Shown in pieces: positions 12,860 to 24,894 of a stretch of DNA of 64,000 nt. The stretch is from Oopsacas minuta (taxonomy: Eukaryota > Animalia > Porifera), in assembly GCA_024704765.1 (NCBI GenBank), contig JAKMXF010000306.1:124001-188000 (forward strand), written 5' to 3'. Positions within the stretch are counted from its first letter, which is position 1, and every line of letters starts with the position of its first letter. The position numbers were made by a program, and so were the translations under genes. The notes under the pieces were generated by a model, which was not told where the DNA came from, made no database searches, and saw only the letters and a list, made by a program, of their open reading frames with translations.

Positions 12860-14250
12860 AAGAAGTTTTTCTTGCAAAATTCGCCCGATATACCGCCTTA
12901 CAAATTATTGCAAGATTCTAAACATTCTTCAGAGGAATCTGCGATCCTTTGCCATTATTGTAAGCACCTATTGACTGAAACGAATGGCCAAGTAACTTGT
13001 GCAGCAAGGATGGATTGATTCTTGCCCATGGGTACTCAACTAGAATAAATTCGTATGTTTCTTTGCACAATTCTTGCATTTTGTCACAGTTAATCGAATC
13101 ACCACTGTTGAGGAGTCTTATCAAACAGATAGATTCGTCTGGATCTTCTCTAATGATATTTTATCTGAAGGATTAATGGAAGAAGTGGCTCACATCAACA
13201 AATCTCTCTTATTTAAAAAGCAGTCTCGCGCAATGTTACCAGTGGTTGAAGTGCCGCCCTGGCTTGAAGGGATATCGACACTGAAATTACATCTTTCCTG
13301 GAGTATAGCTCGAACCATTTCATGGAAGAATTTACTTTCGAGTTTGATGGCGCTCATACCTTGTATCCTGCATCAAGATGGCATATCAACAGCATGAACC
13401 ACCTGAATACACAAAGGTAAGCATGCAAAGGAGACGCAGCTATAATATCGATGTTGGAAGTCGGTTGATGCCTAATACCAACTCATTGATTAGATGGGAG
13501 TTTCAAATAATCTTCTTCATCAACCTCTCCAAAAAGTTGCCGAGGTCTCGCTAATTAATCTGTTAATAGGGAAACCAGAACGGGCCCATTCTAAACTTTT
13601 AATTTGGTTGTCCGTTGCAGTACACAGATGATAAGAAGCCCCACCAGTTCCATCCAGCAATCCTGCCATCAAGGTATCAAAAAGGGAACGGACTATCTCG
13701 ACCTATGGGCTCCAATAAGAGATAACCCATCCTGTATGATATGGTCTGTTTGAGGATTGACTATTGTATTCATGATAAACTTTAGACTAGCATATTCTTC
13801 TTTCAAAAATCTCAGTGCTACTGGCCTAAAGCAGAACGGAGAGTTGAGTGAGCTGTTATAGAACATGTCATTTCCAATTCTGTTTGTAATTGATAGTACT
13901 TTGAATCCGAACAGAATGAAAGTTTTTGTGCTTAATACAGAATTATTGCTTTGTTGGTATAGGTTTGATGACAACCGGAGCCATCCAATCCATCAGATAT
14001 CTTAATTTTGAGTGGTAATGTGAATCAGGAACTGGGTCTAATGTTGAAAGCAAGCGTTGAATGGTCAGACTAAGGATAGAATGATAAGAGACACAAGTCC
14101 CTATTGACAATGCTTCGGGGTCTCTGACTATTTCTATTTCATTTATTAGGCTTATTTCCCTACGATATTGCGAGACAAGCTTAACATCACCTTTGAAAAT
14201 TCTTTTCAGATTCGTGTATATACTCGCCCCAATTTCTAAGCTGTCTAATA
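12860..14250 (-). pseudogene. Transib-type (RAG1-core-related) transposase remnant
   Basis: Hand translation across frameshifts gives KIKISDGLDGSGCHQTY, NSPFCFRPVALRFLKE, GASYHLCT, SPLHAYL, GGTSTTGNIARDCF and YPWARINPSLLHKLLGHS. These follow the motif order of Transib/RAG1 catalytic cores. A candidate CAC terminus lies at 12398. Confidence 0.75.
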
Positions 14251-14252
14251 TA

Positions 14253-15883
14253 CAGGGTGTCCAGAAATTATTGGCCTATTCAATTCTAAAATATATTATG
14301 AAATATAAGACCTCAAAATGTAGGGTTACTTTCTATATAATCTCCATTAAGTCGTAAACATTTATTGTTCCTTCCTGGCATGCCTGCCACAGTATTCTCT
14401 ACCATTAGGGTTGGATATTTTCCATGCAATTTGGAATTGATTTTTCAGCTGTTCAACGGTATTTGGTTGTTTCATTCGCTAATGGATTGTTTCAATATAC
14501 CCCATATATTCTCTATTGGGTTTAAATTTGGGGAGTTACCAGACCACTCACCCTTAGTCCAAAGCTTGAAAATTGTTTTTGCACCATTCTTGTGCAACTA
14601 TGGCCCTGTTAGCAGGAGCCCATCTTGCATGAAATGTGCCTCCGACCTTTTGAATACCAGTTTTCTAGACTAAACAGGCCAGTTTATTCTTCTTCTCTTG
14701 AGTGTATTAAGGCATGTATCTTCCAAAATATCTGAAACATAGTATAACGGATTCACAGTTTGTTTTGGTGGAATAAAGTGCAAGTCTGATAATCCTCGAT
14801 AGCCTAGGGTGCGACCCGTAAAGCCCGTGGTTCGTGGCCCGCTATCAAAGCCCGCGGCCCGCTTATTTATTCCACCAGCCCGTGATTTAGGAAATTTGTT
14901 TATTTTATGGCACTGTTGGCTGAATTCGTGAATGTATTCTCAAAGAATTGAGAATTCCTATAAATTCCGCGTTATAAGATGCGGGAAATCGTGTGCGCAA
15001 ATAGTATATATATGAAACTTTATATATATGCAACACTTTGATTGTTTCGTTAGTTACAGATAACACTGACATGATTCTACCTCTCTATGAGGATTATTAG
15101 ATTAAACGAAAATAAGATTTATAATACTTGTGATACTTACATATACTAAAATAGTAATAATTTCATGACCTAATTCTATAATTAAAGTATATTCATCATC
15201 TGTAAAATTGTTCTTTTTGACTCTTTTCAGCCCGTTTTGTGCCCGCGGCCCGTGGAAAAAAGCCCGCAGCCCGTGATTTACAATAAAGCCTGCACGGGTC
15301 GCACCCTAGTCGATAGCTCATCATGCCCCAGACGATTATTTTGGGTGGATGCTCTATTGTATCTCTAGGGAGAACATCCTGAGTACTGTGAGCCCAAAAA
15401 CCATCATTTTGCGTGTTACACGAAGCAATAATTCTAATAGTGATTCATCTTACCACATAACTTTCTTCCAACCATTGACTGTCCAATCTTTCACTTTTTG
15501 ACAGAATTTGAGTCAGTTTATCATCTGATTTTGAGTCAGCTTGGGTTTTTCGGCCTTAAATGCCCTAATAGCTAATTAATACCGTAAATAATGGTGTACA
15601 GTGCTCTTTGAAATCTGGTACCCCTTTCACTTCAATTTAGTCGATAATTTCCTAGTTGAGTGATGTCTTTTACCCAACGATTTTACGATCACCATTTTGG
15701 CCACCATGTTCTTTTTTTTAGGCCGTTCAGCACCTTTTCGATGTGTGAGACTATAATTTTGTTTGAACGAAACCACCAACGTCTGATTGTTTGAACTCCC
15801 TTTCCAAAGCTACTTGCTACTTCTTTCTGGTTTGTACCCGCTTCGAACAAACCAATTGGCCTATATCGGATGTCGGAATCCAT
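14253..15883 (-). mobile_element. Tc1-like element, DD37E (TRT-type), degenerate, split by a hAT MITE
   Basis: TA+CAGGGTGTCC end at 14253; N-terminus MDSDIRY..FEAG..QKEVA; IIVWGMMSYRGL; QDGAPA...W.GNSPNLNPIENIW (37 residues D-E after correcting two frameshifts). The second TIR was not found. Confidence 0.72.
14804..15309. mobile_element. hAT MITE, 506 bp
   Basis: Perfect 16-bp TIR CTAGGGTGCGACCCGT; perfect 8-bp TSD TCGATAGC; clustered GCCCG(C/T)G subterminal motifs at both ends. Confidence 0.9.
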
Positions 15884-16292
15884 CAACCCGACCTCAAAAT
15901 AACAGAAATAAGAGTAAAATCTCAAAGTTGCTACATATACACAAAAATGTAGGTAGAAAATTTCTTCATAGCCGCAAAAGATAGAAGATAAGAACATTAG
16001 CAGGATCTTGTAGAAATACACTTATACTACTGTAACTTCTAGTATTCTGACAAATGCAGCTTACCCTATTTTGTTTTTTTATCAATTTTCCACAGTTGCT
16101 TCAGAATAATTATTGTGTTCTAAGAGGATAATTATTACATCGACTATACTCGTAATACTATACAACACTTGCTTACATCATTAGTACGTATAGGAAGTCA
16201 ACCGTCATAATCGTTGTAGTTCCCTTTGCAACTTATTTCAACAAATACATAAATTTAGGGACTTCATTGAAATGACCCTACAAAAATATCTG

Positions 16293-17066
16293 TATTGTTA
16301 TAAACGTCTATATCTCAACAATCAACTAGCAGAAAAATAATTGAAATTCAGTCGGATTTAGGGTAAGAAACATGAGTTAGAACTAGCCCTACTTTATGTA
16401 GAATATGATTAATCCCCTACCACTCTCACTCCCAACTTAAAATATAAATTCCTCTAGCCTCGTGACTTGATTAAATTTTGATTAAATTTAATTTTAATAA
16501 ACGGTCATATCACTAAAGTATGCATATATAATTTCAGAATCGAATTCTGACTGTTAGATGGGTAAATTCAAGGAAGTCGTGACTCTAAAAATTTTAACCA
16601 AAAAAGTATCTAAAAGTAAATGTTGTCAATAGCAAAACCTATTGCTTAAAACGCTCAACTCTCCTCTTTCCAATGATACTAATTTCGTTTAAATCTGATG
16701 AGTATAAGTGAGTCAAATTAGTGACTGAACTGACGCTAGTCTAACTTCTTCATTGAATTTTTCAAAATAAAATATTTAAAAAAGTAAAGAATATTTTTAA
16801 AAGAAATTTTAAACACATAATCCTCCAGCCCTCAATAGTATGTTGAAGAAATTTTGTATCAAAGGAATAATGAGGGTCACATAACACATTATAGTTGCTA
16901 TGTATGGAAAATTTTCAAAACTTCAATGCTAAGCCAACACGCATATTTTACAATTCTTGAGTACATTTTCGTAATCCACCAATGCTATACTTTCAAATCG
17001 TAACAAGTTGTCTTATCTAGCTATACGGAAAGTCGGTCAAATACACGATTGAAGTGAACACGTTTT
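16293..17066 (-). repeat. Right arm of the 774-bp inverted repeat
   Basis: Reverse complement of 10203-10976 with identical boundaries (AAAACGTG...ACAATA). Confidence 0.95.
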
Positions 17067-17261
17067 GAAATTTTATTTTACTGCTAACTTCTTCTTCGTA
17101 GCAGGTATTGATTTATTAGTTAAATCCAAGCAATGTCATACTCATATTAGCTACATTTCGTAGTTTATGTAGAATTTTCCATCATGTTATTTTACTATGG
17201 ACAGTACTTAATATATCCCTAATCTAGGATTAGTACTCTTGTCCACTTGCTAGAAAAGCTA

Positions 17262-18607
17262 CAGTATGTCAAGATGAAATTGAGACTATGTTTTACCCTA
17301 AGTTTCTAAAAAATGCCCATCACAAGCCTCGAAACACGAGTTCATTTATTTCAACATGTCTATATGCAAATATTTGATCTTAAAGCCATTACTCTGGATC
17401 ACTAACTTCTGACGTTTTGGCATATATTACCGATAAGGTCTCAAAAATTCGGGTTCTATAGAATCCCAAATAGAGAGAAGAGTTTCTTCAAGTCCACTAA
17501 GATTACAAGGAGAGTTCAAATCGATCTGATATTTGATTCAAGCCCACAAATTTTCGATTGGGTTTAGATCTGGGCACATGCAGGCCATTCCATACGAAAT
17601 ATATCATGACTTTTACGGAAAGTCTTATCAACCATTGACTTGTGCTTTGGATCGTTGTCTTCCTGAAAGACCCAACCGTCATGGTACAATACCTGAGCTT
17701 GTGTGATCAGACACTTGTTTAGGATGTTCGTGTATAATTTTCCGGTGAGGTTCTGCCCAAAAACTTCGATGGAAAGGTCCCATGAGCCGAAATTACTCCC
17801 CAAACATGTAATTTTGGACTATGTTTGTTGCTTTGCTTGACCGCTTGTTGGTCTCCTTTGCCCCACAGCCTTATTCTACCACCATTTAGCCAAATTGACA
17901 TCTCATCGCTAAAAAAACTCGCTCCCAGTCAGTTTGTTTGTTATTCTTAGCCCACAATACTCTTTATTGTTTGTGACGATACCTTAGCACAGGAATACTC
18001 CTTGCAACCTTGTGGGTGTACCCTCTCCTCTGTAGTTCCTTCCTGACCGTCTCATGGGATAAACTTTTCTGACAAAGATGATTGAATCGACTGGCCAATT
18101 TTCGTATGGACATCTTGCGATTCTAATTTGCCAATCTTACAAGAGATTTAGCATCGTTCACATCTAATAATCTCTGTTTTTCGGTTCCAGATTTCCTCTG
18201 TATATCCTGCCCTGACAAAATTTGGCTAATATGAGAAAACATTGCACCTTGCGATAGCTGTTCACTGATGTATTTCGCTACCACTTGTAACCCCTGTATC
18301 GAATAATTTGAGGATGAGGTATCCTCGTTCTAACTCCACCACACTGATTACGTATTTCGACACAAGGCTAATATGAGCCAAAGGCTGATATTGGAGCGGT
18401 CTATAGAAATATAGTAGATATTTTCGGGAATGTGTATCCTAATTGACAGATTGATAGGGTGTTCGTGTTTTCTAGAATCAATTAACTAATGGTAACTTGA
18501 TATACATGTATAAATGAATCAGAAAATAAATCCGTTTCATATCTAATCATAGCAAATGAAAAAGTTCTGAAAATATACCAAAGTCTCAATTTCATCTCGA
18601 CAGACTG
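17262..18607 (-). mobile_element. Tc1-like element (DD34E), degenerate, 1346 bp
   Basis: 26-bp TIR CAGT(A/C)TGTC(A/G)AGATGAAATTGAGACT; TA on the left and CA on the right; LHVWGVIS, QEDNDPKHKS, EWPAC-PDLNPIENLW. Confidence 0.85.
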
Positions 18608-19242
18608 CAAGTTCAAAGAGACATCAAATGACTCGAGTCTATTTATACATTATAACTTATGTCAATAACCTAAATTTACAAGTAGAATCCATTATTAATG
18701 CAATATGGGTCAAAAGTATAGCTGTAACATTGATTAAACTAAAGCAGAAGGCGATCTATGATTTGTGGCCCGTGGATTTAAATGTTTGAGGCCACTGGAC
18801 TAAGCTGGGGGCATAGGTTGTAATTATTTATTTTCATATTGGGAAACAATCTTTTTGCTATGGTGACGTCGCAGGATTTGGCCTATAAAGGCCCCTAATC
18901 GCTGCTCATGATCCTGTAGCATTCGATGCTATTCTACTATAACTAATGACGGCAGAAGTATTACATTCGTAACCAAAAAAGAGCACATTTATTTTGCCAT
19001 TTCGTTTTAACCATTTCTCCCACTCAAATCAGTATTTCTTCTCATTATTGATGTCATAAAATCACACATTTTCCAGCCTTATTTGGTTAATCTCTTAAAT
19101 AATGATTTATCAGGATTGGCACAATTGAATAGGAATGGGATTGGTGAAAGATCTGGATTGCGAGCATTTGACTGTATAAGCATTCATACCATATCTATGA
19201 TGAGATGAAAGAGATCTTCCTGAATACATTTTACTACTTGTA

Positions 19243-20551
19243 CAGGGTGGCCAATAAGTTCTGTCCCCTCCCTGAATAGTGATAACTATTTATGTAGCCA
19301 TTCTTATAGATTATTACTTGGCATATATCTAATAGATATGTCTAGCAATACATAAACAAATCCTACTCTATGTAGCCACCTTTGTTCTTGACTACACTTC
19401 TTAGTCGCGTCGGAAAGGACTCCACTGCGGCTCGCAGGACCTCCTGAGGAATCTTTTCCCACTCTTTGACCAATGATCTCTTCAGAGAGTCCAAATTGTT
19501 GTGAGACTTTGCGCAAGCCTTTGCTTCCAATATGGCCCAGATCGAGAAGTCCATTGGGTTCAAATCTGGACTTGAGGGAGGCCATTCCTCCTTTGAAAGA
19601 AATCCTGAAATGTTCTCATGTAACCATTTTTGAGTGATATTGGCGGTGTGAGCCGGAGCACCGTCTTGTTGGAAGACAAATGGTTGATTTCTAAAGATAT
19701 TTCTGCTCGAGTGTTTAATTACTGGTTCAAGGATCAACTGCCGATAGGTTGCAGCATTTATCTTGACCCCTTCAGGTATAAATATTAGCGGAGTCCGTCC
19801 ATTCGCCGAAATACCGGCCCATACCATAATAGATCGGGGTTTTTGTGTCCTAGCTACATACAAAACATCCTCAGGGATGCTTGAAGAGTTTGGAGCTAAT
19901 ATTCTGTCATTCTGTTTGTTAGTAGCCTGCTCTATACTGAACAATTTTTCATCAGAGAACAGAAACCGGTCAAGATTTTCAGTTTCGAGCCGAGTAAGAA
20001 GGCCCTTGCTTCTCGAGAGCCTTTTCAGCTTAATAGTCTCCGAAAGGAAATGAACAGTCTTCCTTTTATACGACCTGAAATCCAATTCATTCTTGACTAA
20101 ATTTTGCATCGATCCTTTGGATATGTGGACCTCAGCTGCCATTTTCCTCATGGATCGTAGAGGATTCCTCCTTATTCGGTCCCTAACTAACTTCTTCATC
20201 CTGGGAGTAGTGATAGACTTCGGACGACCACTTCGGGGCATATCCTGAATGCTGCCCGTCTTCTGATAACGTAGGATAGTTCTATATACGAACTTTCTCC
20301 TTGATTTTTTAAAATTCAGCAATTTTAAAATTTCGCCTTGTGATTTTCCTTTAGAAAATAATTCAACAATGGCAGCCCTTTCACAATCCATAGAATATTG
20401 TACAAGATAAATTGAATAAACGGCATATAGTTATAAAATATAAAGTATAATGTTCCTGAGAGTGATTTAATTGTATTAAACTTGTGGTAGCCTAATTAGT
20501 ATTTATGTGATATTGCATCAAAGAATGGGACAGAACTTAATGGCCACCCTG
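19243..20551 (-). mobile_element. maT/DD37D element, complete, 1309 bp
   Basis: TA TSDs; 25-bp TIR CAGGGTGGCCA(A/T)TAAGTTCTGTCCC with one mismatch; intact ORF. Confidence 0.95.
19363..20391 (-). CDS. Intact DD37D (maT) transposase, 342 aa
   Basis: HTH region with GRPK, then FSDEK, QQDGAPAH and WPPSSPDLNPMD; 37 residues counted between the second and third D. Confidence 0.95.
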   Translation of the reverse strand: MDCERAAIVELFSKGKSQGEILKLLNFKKSRRKFVYRTILRYQKTGSIQDMPRSGRPKSITTPRMKKLVRDRIRRNPLRSMRKMAAEVHISKGSMQNLVKNELDFRSYKRKTVHFLSETIKLKRLSRSKGLLTRLETENLDRFLFSDEKLFSIEQATNKQNDRILAPNSSSIPEDVLYVARTQKPRSIMVWAGISANGRTPLIFIPEGVKINAATYRQLILEPVIKHSSRNIFRNQPFVFQQDGAPAHTANITQKWLHENISGFLSKEEWPPSSPDLNPMDFSIWAILEAKACAKSHNNLDSLKRSLVKEWEKIPQEVLRAAVESFPTRLRSVVKNKGGYIE

Positions 20552-22410
20552 TATACTACGCGATTATTGAAATAACTCCCTTCCTCAATGCTTGGACTGC
20601 TTTGCTACATCGACGAAATTGGCTTGTTGTCATTCTACTAGGTACTAGTCCCTGCTCCCCGCTTCAGGGCTGTTCCACATTTACGAATTATGACATCCAA
20701 TGGTTGAATTAGAGAAGCGATGCCATACCTAGTCAGTATTAGTGGCTCGAGGTTGTTCAATTGGTGTCAGGGTGTGATACTTCCACAGATTAATAGAAAT
20801 AACTCCTGCTGATGGGTTCACCCTGGAGTACGGGAGTAAGCGTCCTGATGAAGGTGTCCACGAAGTAACCCAGTAGGCTGGCTGCTTGTGGCATCAGCAG
20901 CTGCTCCGCTACCCATTGAAGTACATAGGATGGTGGAGCAAATGCAAGAACTTGTAGCAGTCGGATGCGTATAACCAGATCTCTATACAGATTGTATCAG
21001 CTCCCCTCGTTATATGTTTTGCATTAGGTTGAAGAAGGAACACTAGCATTGTATGATGTCATAAGGGTCAAAAACTAATGAGCGTTTGGCATTGTAATAC
21101 GCCAAAAATGTCTAAAACGGTTGAGATTTTCAGAGCAACTTATAATCTCTATGGTATGAGTAGAAGGATAAAAAGAGCTGGATCTGCTGGCATATCTCTT
21201 GTAAGTGGCCTATGATTTATTCGGTGCATGACAAAAAGACTAAGCAACAAGTGGGCGTCCTCCAAAGTGTATGTCAGGTCCACCACGCACAAGCACCACG
21301 TACAACTGCGTATAGGATGAGCGCTATCTTGAATGTCCGGCAGCTAACTAGGCCAGAGCTGAGATTACTGCAACATCTCCATGTCGCGCCATGCCCCTTG
21401 AATAAGGATTCGCTGTATCTCCTGGTCAGAGTTGTAGAGCAGCACCTGTTCGCCTTTAGCTGTTTTCTTGTATTTTGGTAGGAGTGTGAGCTGTTTCAAA
21501 TTAAAATATCCACGGGGGCAACTAAACTTGTGTAAAAATATACATATAAGAAAAATACAATGTTAGGGATACATCTAGAAGTTATTATGAGTGCCCTTAA
21601 ATATGGACTAGTCGGAAAAGATTTCTTAATTCCATCGGTCCATTTGCCAAAATCTATGAATTCTCCAACCTTTAACAAATGTTATCCTTTCTCTTTTATA
21701 ACATCTCCGAGATTTCTTGACCAACCTTAACCAAATTTTGTATGCCACCTCAGAATTACCCTGGCATAGTGAATATGAAATTTTTACGAATCTAACAATT
21801 TTGCAAAATATATGTTAATATTCACACCTCGTCCATACAAATCAATGTATTTATCATGAGAATCTGATCGGTCAACGTTAACCCATCAGATTCCTTTCTT
21901 CATGTAATTGTGAACTACGGGATCTTAGGTTATCATTTGGGCCATGAATGATCACATAGAAGTTCAAAGTGTCCTCAGGGCGTCAGTGACTGTACCAAAT
22001 CGTACAAATTGAATGGTTAGATATTATATTTAAAGGATAATTTTATCAAAAATATGTAATTTCTTCAACTCTTCTCCATATACAAATAAATGCATTATAT
22101 TCCATTTTATAACTGACCAATCAAATTATATTTATGTTTCCGAGCATAATAACATACTAGCCCACTAGAATTCATCCATCTACAGCTGATTTAAATTCTG
22201 AATCAGCTGTAGAAGAACTAAATAACTTAATTTAAACTGATGTGGTGGAAAGTGATCTAAACTGAGCAGAGAACGACTTAAATGAATGTAGCAAAGCAAT
22301 ATAATAGATTATAGATTCTCACTGATAGTTATTACATGCGAGCGCGTCACGTTCGCAAATTCAAAATGACAATCGTCAAGGCTGAAAAGTATTCCGCAGG
22401 AAATAGCAAT

Positions 22411-22441
22411 AAAGCCGCCCGAAAGGCGGCTTTGCGTCTAG
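22411..22441 (+). mobile_element. Probable Helitron 3' terminus (hairpin plus CTAG)
   Basis: 9-bp stem AAAGCCGCC-cgaaa-GGCGGCTTT, 4 nt spacer, then CTAG followed by T. The 5' TC end was not located. Confidence 0.55.
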
Positions 22442-23270
22442 TATATACATATATACAATAACCGAACCAAAGTACTTGCATACAACTAAATATGCAACTG
22501 TAATTCCCGGAAATACGGTGAATATTTAAAGGATAATATGCCTAAAAGGGCTATTTGACTATGTTAGTTAACATATGACTGACTAATTCAATGAACATTT
22601 CTCTCATTACATATTTTCAAGTCATACTACCTTCACTTAATAGGTCATGAGCAAATTCAATAATCATTTTCAAATTGCAATGAATTTAAATTTGATAGAA
22701 AATATTTATAGCATATTTGAATTCTACGGGTGTGTACTACCCCATTATGACAATTGCGAATTCTTTTAGAGCGATTCTAGTTGACTTATTACCTTTTTCT
22801 TATTTGTGCTACATGTGGCAGAAGTGACACATATCAAATATGTGCTCGTTTGTGGATAAAAAATGTGGAAAGAATCGAGATGACCCCCGATTATACGAGT
22901 ATTTGTGAGTCAGATTAGGGACTATCAAATGGTTTCACACTCTTTTACATTATGGTGCCAATATTCTAGTGATGTGCCACTTTTGCCACCTGTGGGATGA
23001 GTAAGAAATCCAAATATGTCAAAGCTCTTACCAATTTTGAATTTATCATGCTGACGTAATACAGACTCGTAGAATTACAATATATTATTAGTGATAATAT
23101 TCAATCCTATTTGATTTCTATGCTAACTGCAATTGAATACTTAATTAGCTCATTATCGATTTAGTCATGAGATTGTTAACTAAAATACTCAAATAGTTCT
23201 TTCAGGTATATTATCGTATGCATATTCAAAAATTTGTCGTATTGCCAGGGTTTATAATTGTATTTGTATA

Positions 23271-24620
23271 CAGGGTGGGCCACGGAAATCGATTGAAATA
23301 GAATGATCATAACTCTGCACACTTATGCCTATTTCCGATTGACAACCTTTCATTTTGTAGCTAGAAGAATTCTATTTTGTGTTAATTTAACAATTAGATC
23401 AATAGGAAGTTATGACAAGGCTGAAACTGGAAGAAAGGACAAATGTCTTAAAATGGTGCTACAAAAATCATGGTTCCAATGTTACAACGCAGAGAAGATT
23501 TAGAAAATTCTATAACTCTAGAACTGCTCCTAAACCAGATACTATAAAATTATTGTCAAGAGATCTGAGGAGAATGGTACTATAGTTGATACGGCTAGAT
23601 TAGGACCATGCCAGACAATGAGGACCCCCATTAACATCGAAAAAGTGAAGCGGAAACTTGCGGATTCACCCATAGTTCATCAAGGAGGCTTTCAAGAGAA
23701 CTTCAATTATCAGGACAACAGTCAGGAGGATTCATGTAGATGATCTCAATCTCTTCTCATATAAGTTACAGATCCTACAGAAGTAATTTACAGCCCAAAA
23801 AATGAAGAGATTGAATTTCCCAAAGCTTATCGCAGGGAAGATGGAGGAGAAGGAAATTGACATCGGTAACATTGACTGGAGTGGCGAGGCTCATTTTCAC
23901 CTTTCTAGATATGTTAATAAACAGATATGAGGATTAGGGGTGAGAAAAAACCAGATCCACTTGATAGTAAGCCTTTAACACAAGAAAATGTCACTGTCTA
24001 TTGTGCAGTTGGCTCCAAGAGGATTATTGGTCCGTATTTAATGAAAATAATGAAGGGTCAAGAGTGACCGTGAATGATGTCCGATATCTTGATGTGTTAA
24101 AGTCCTACTACATTCCAACTCTCAGAAGACGTAAGGAACTTGGTAGTATAACATTTCAACAAGATGGCGCACCCCCACATATAGCTAAAGTTGTTATTGA
24201 CTTTGTTAGAGAGAAATTTGACAAACTGCTGATTTCACGAAACTGTGACTTCTTTTGGCCACCTTACAGCCCAGATCTAAACCCATGTGATTTTTATTTC
24301 TGAGAATACGTGAAGAGCAAGGTTTATTCCAATCCTATCCCTGAGACTATTGAAGACCTCAAGAGAAACATTCGCCGTGAAATAAGACGGATCAAGGCAG
24401 AAACACTGAAAAAAGTCTCCGAAAATATCCTCATGAGATTGCAAAAAGTGATATCATTAAATGGGAGCTGGATCGAGCATTTTATTAATAGATAGGTACT
24501 CTACAAGATGAAAATTAAAATGTCACTTATATATTTTATTATACTTTGTACAGAATTGACTTATCTTTTGTTTAGAAATTATACAAAATTGTTTCAACCG
24601 GTTTCCCGCAGCCCACCCTG
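23271..24620 (+). mobile_element. DD41D (rosa-type) Tc1/mariner element, degenerate, 1350 bp
   Basis: TIR CAGGGTGGGC..CGG.AA.CG.TTGAAA at both ends; EAHFHL, FQQDGAPPH...WPPYSPDLNPCDF with 41 residues D-D. Confidence 0.85.
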
Positions 24621-24894
24621 CAAGTTACAGTCAATCTGTGTAATCAGTCATTTCACGTAGTGTCTGAAAACTTTAGGCATCTCGCGTTGGAGACCCTTAG
24701 TTACTTCGTTAAATGTTTGAATTCTCCAGTTGTTTCATGAAATGGCTCGAATTTATGTTTAGTCATTACATGAAAAGACTGGATTGAAATACTGATTTAT
24801 ATGGATGAAAGATTATTTACTATACATACTTTAAATGCCAGATAATGAATTTGAAATATTTGACAAATTGTCAATTTTTCCAACCCTAAAATAG

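Larger units (their letters stand above)
8513..18797 (-). mobile_element. Internally deleted hAT element inflated to 10.3 kb by nested insertions
   Basis: Perfect 8-bp TSD GACTAAGC (8505-8512, 18798-18805); ends CAAGGGTGCTCAAAC / GTTTGAGGCCACTG; GGCCCGCG subterminal motifs; hAT C-terminal remnant at 9968-10200. Confidence 0.78.

Noticed and set aside
12398-14250. A RAG1-RAG2 (ProtoRAG-like) two-gene transposon
   Set aside because: Only a decayed core transposase is visible; no kelch/PHD RAG2-like sequence and no paired RSS-like TIRs were found.
19304-20053. Antisense and overlapping ORFs on transposases (also 6086-6657, 13074-13397, 29938-30615, 42515-43198, 47762-48085)
   Set aside because: Shadow ORFs of real or former coding strands, with no independent features.
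22411-22433. Bacterial rho-independent terminator
   Set aside because: No upstream gene and only three Ts. The following CTAG|T fits a Helitron end better in this eukaryotic context.
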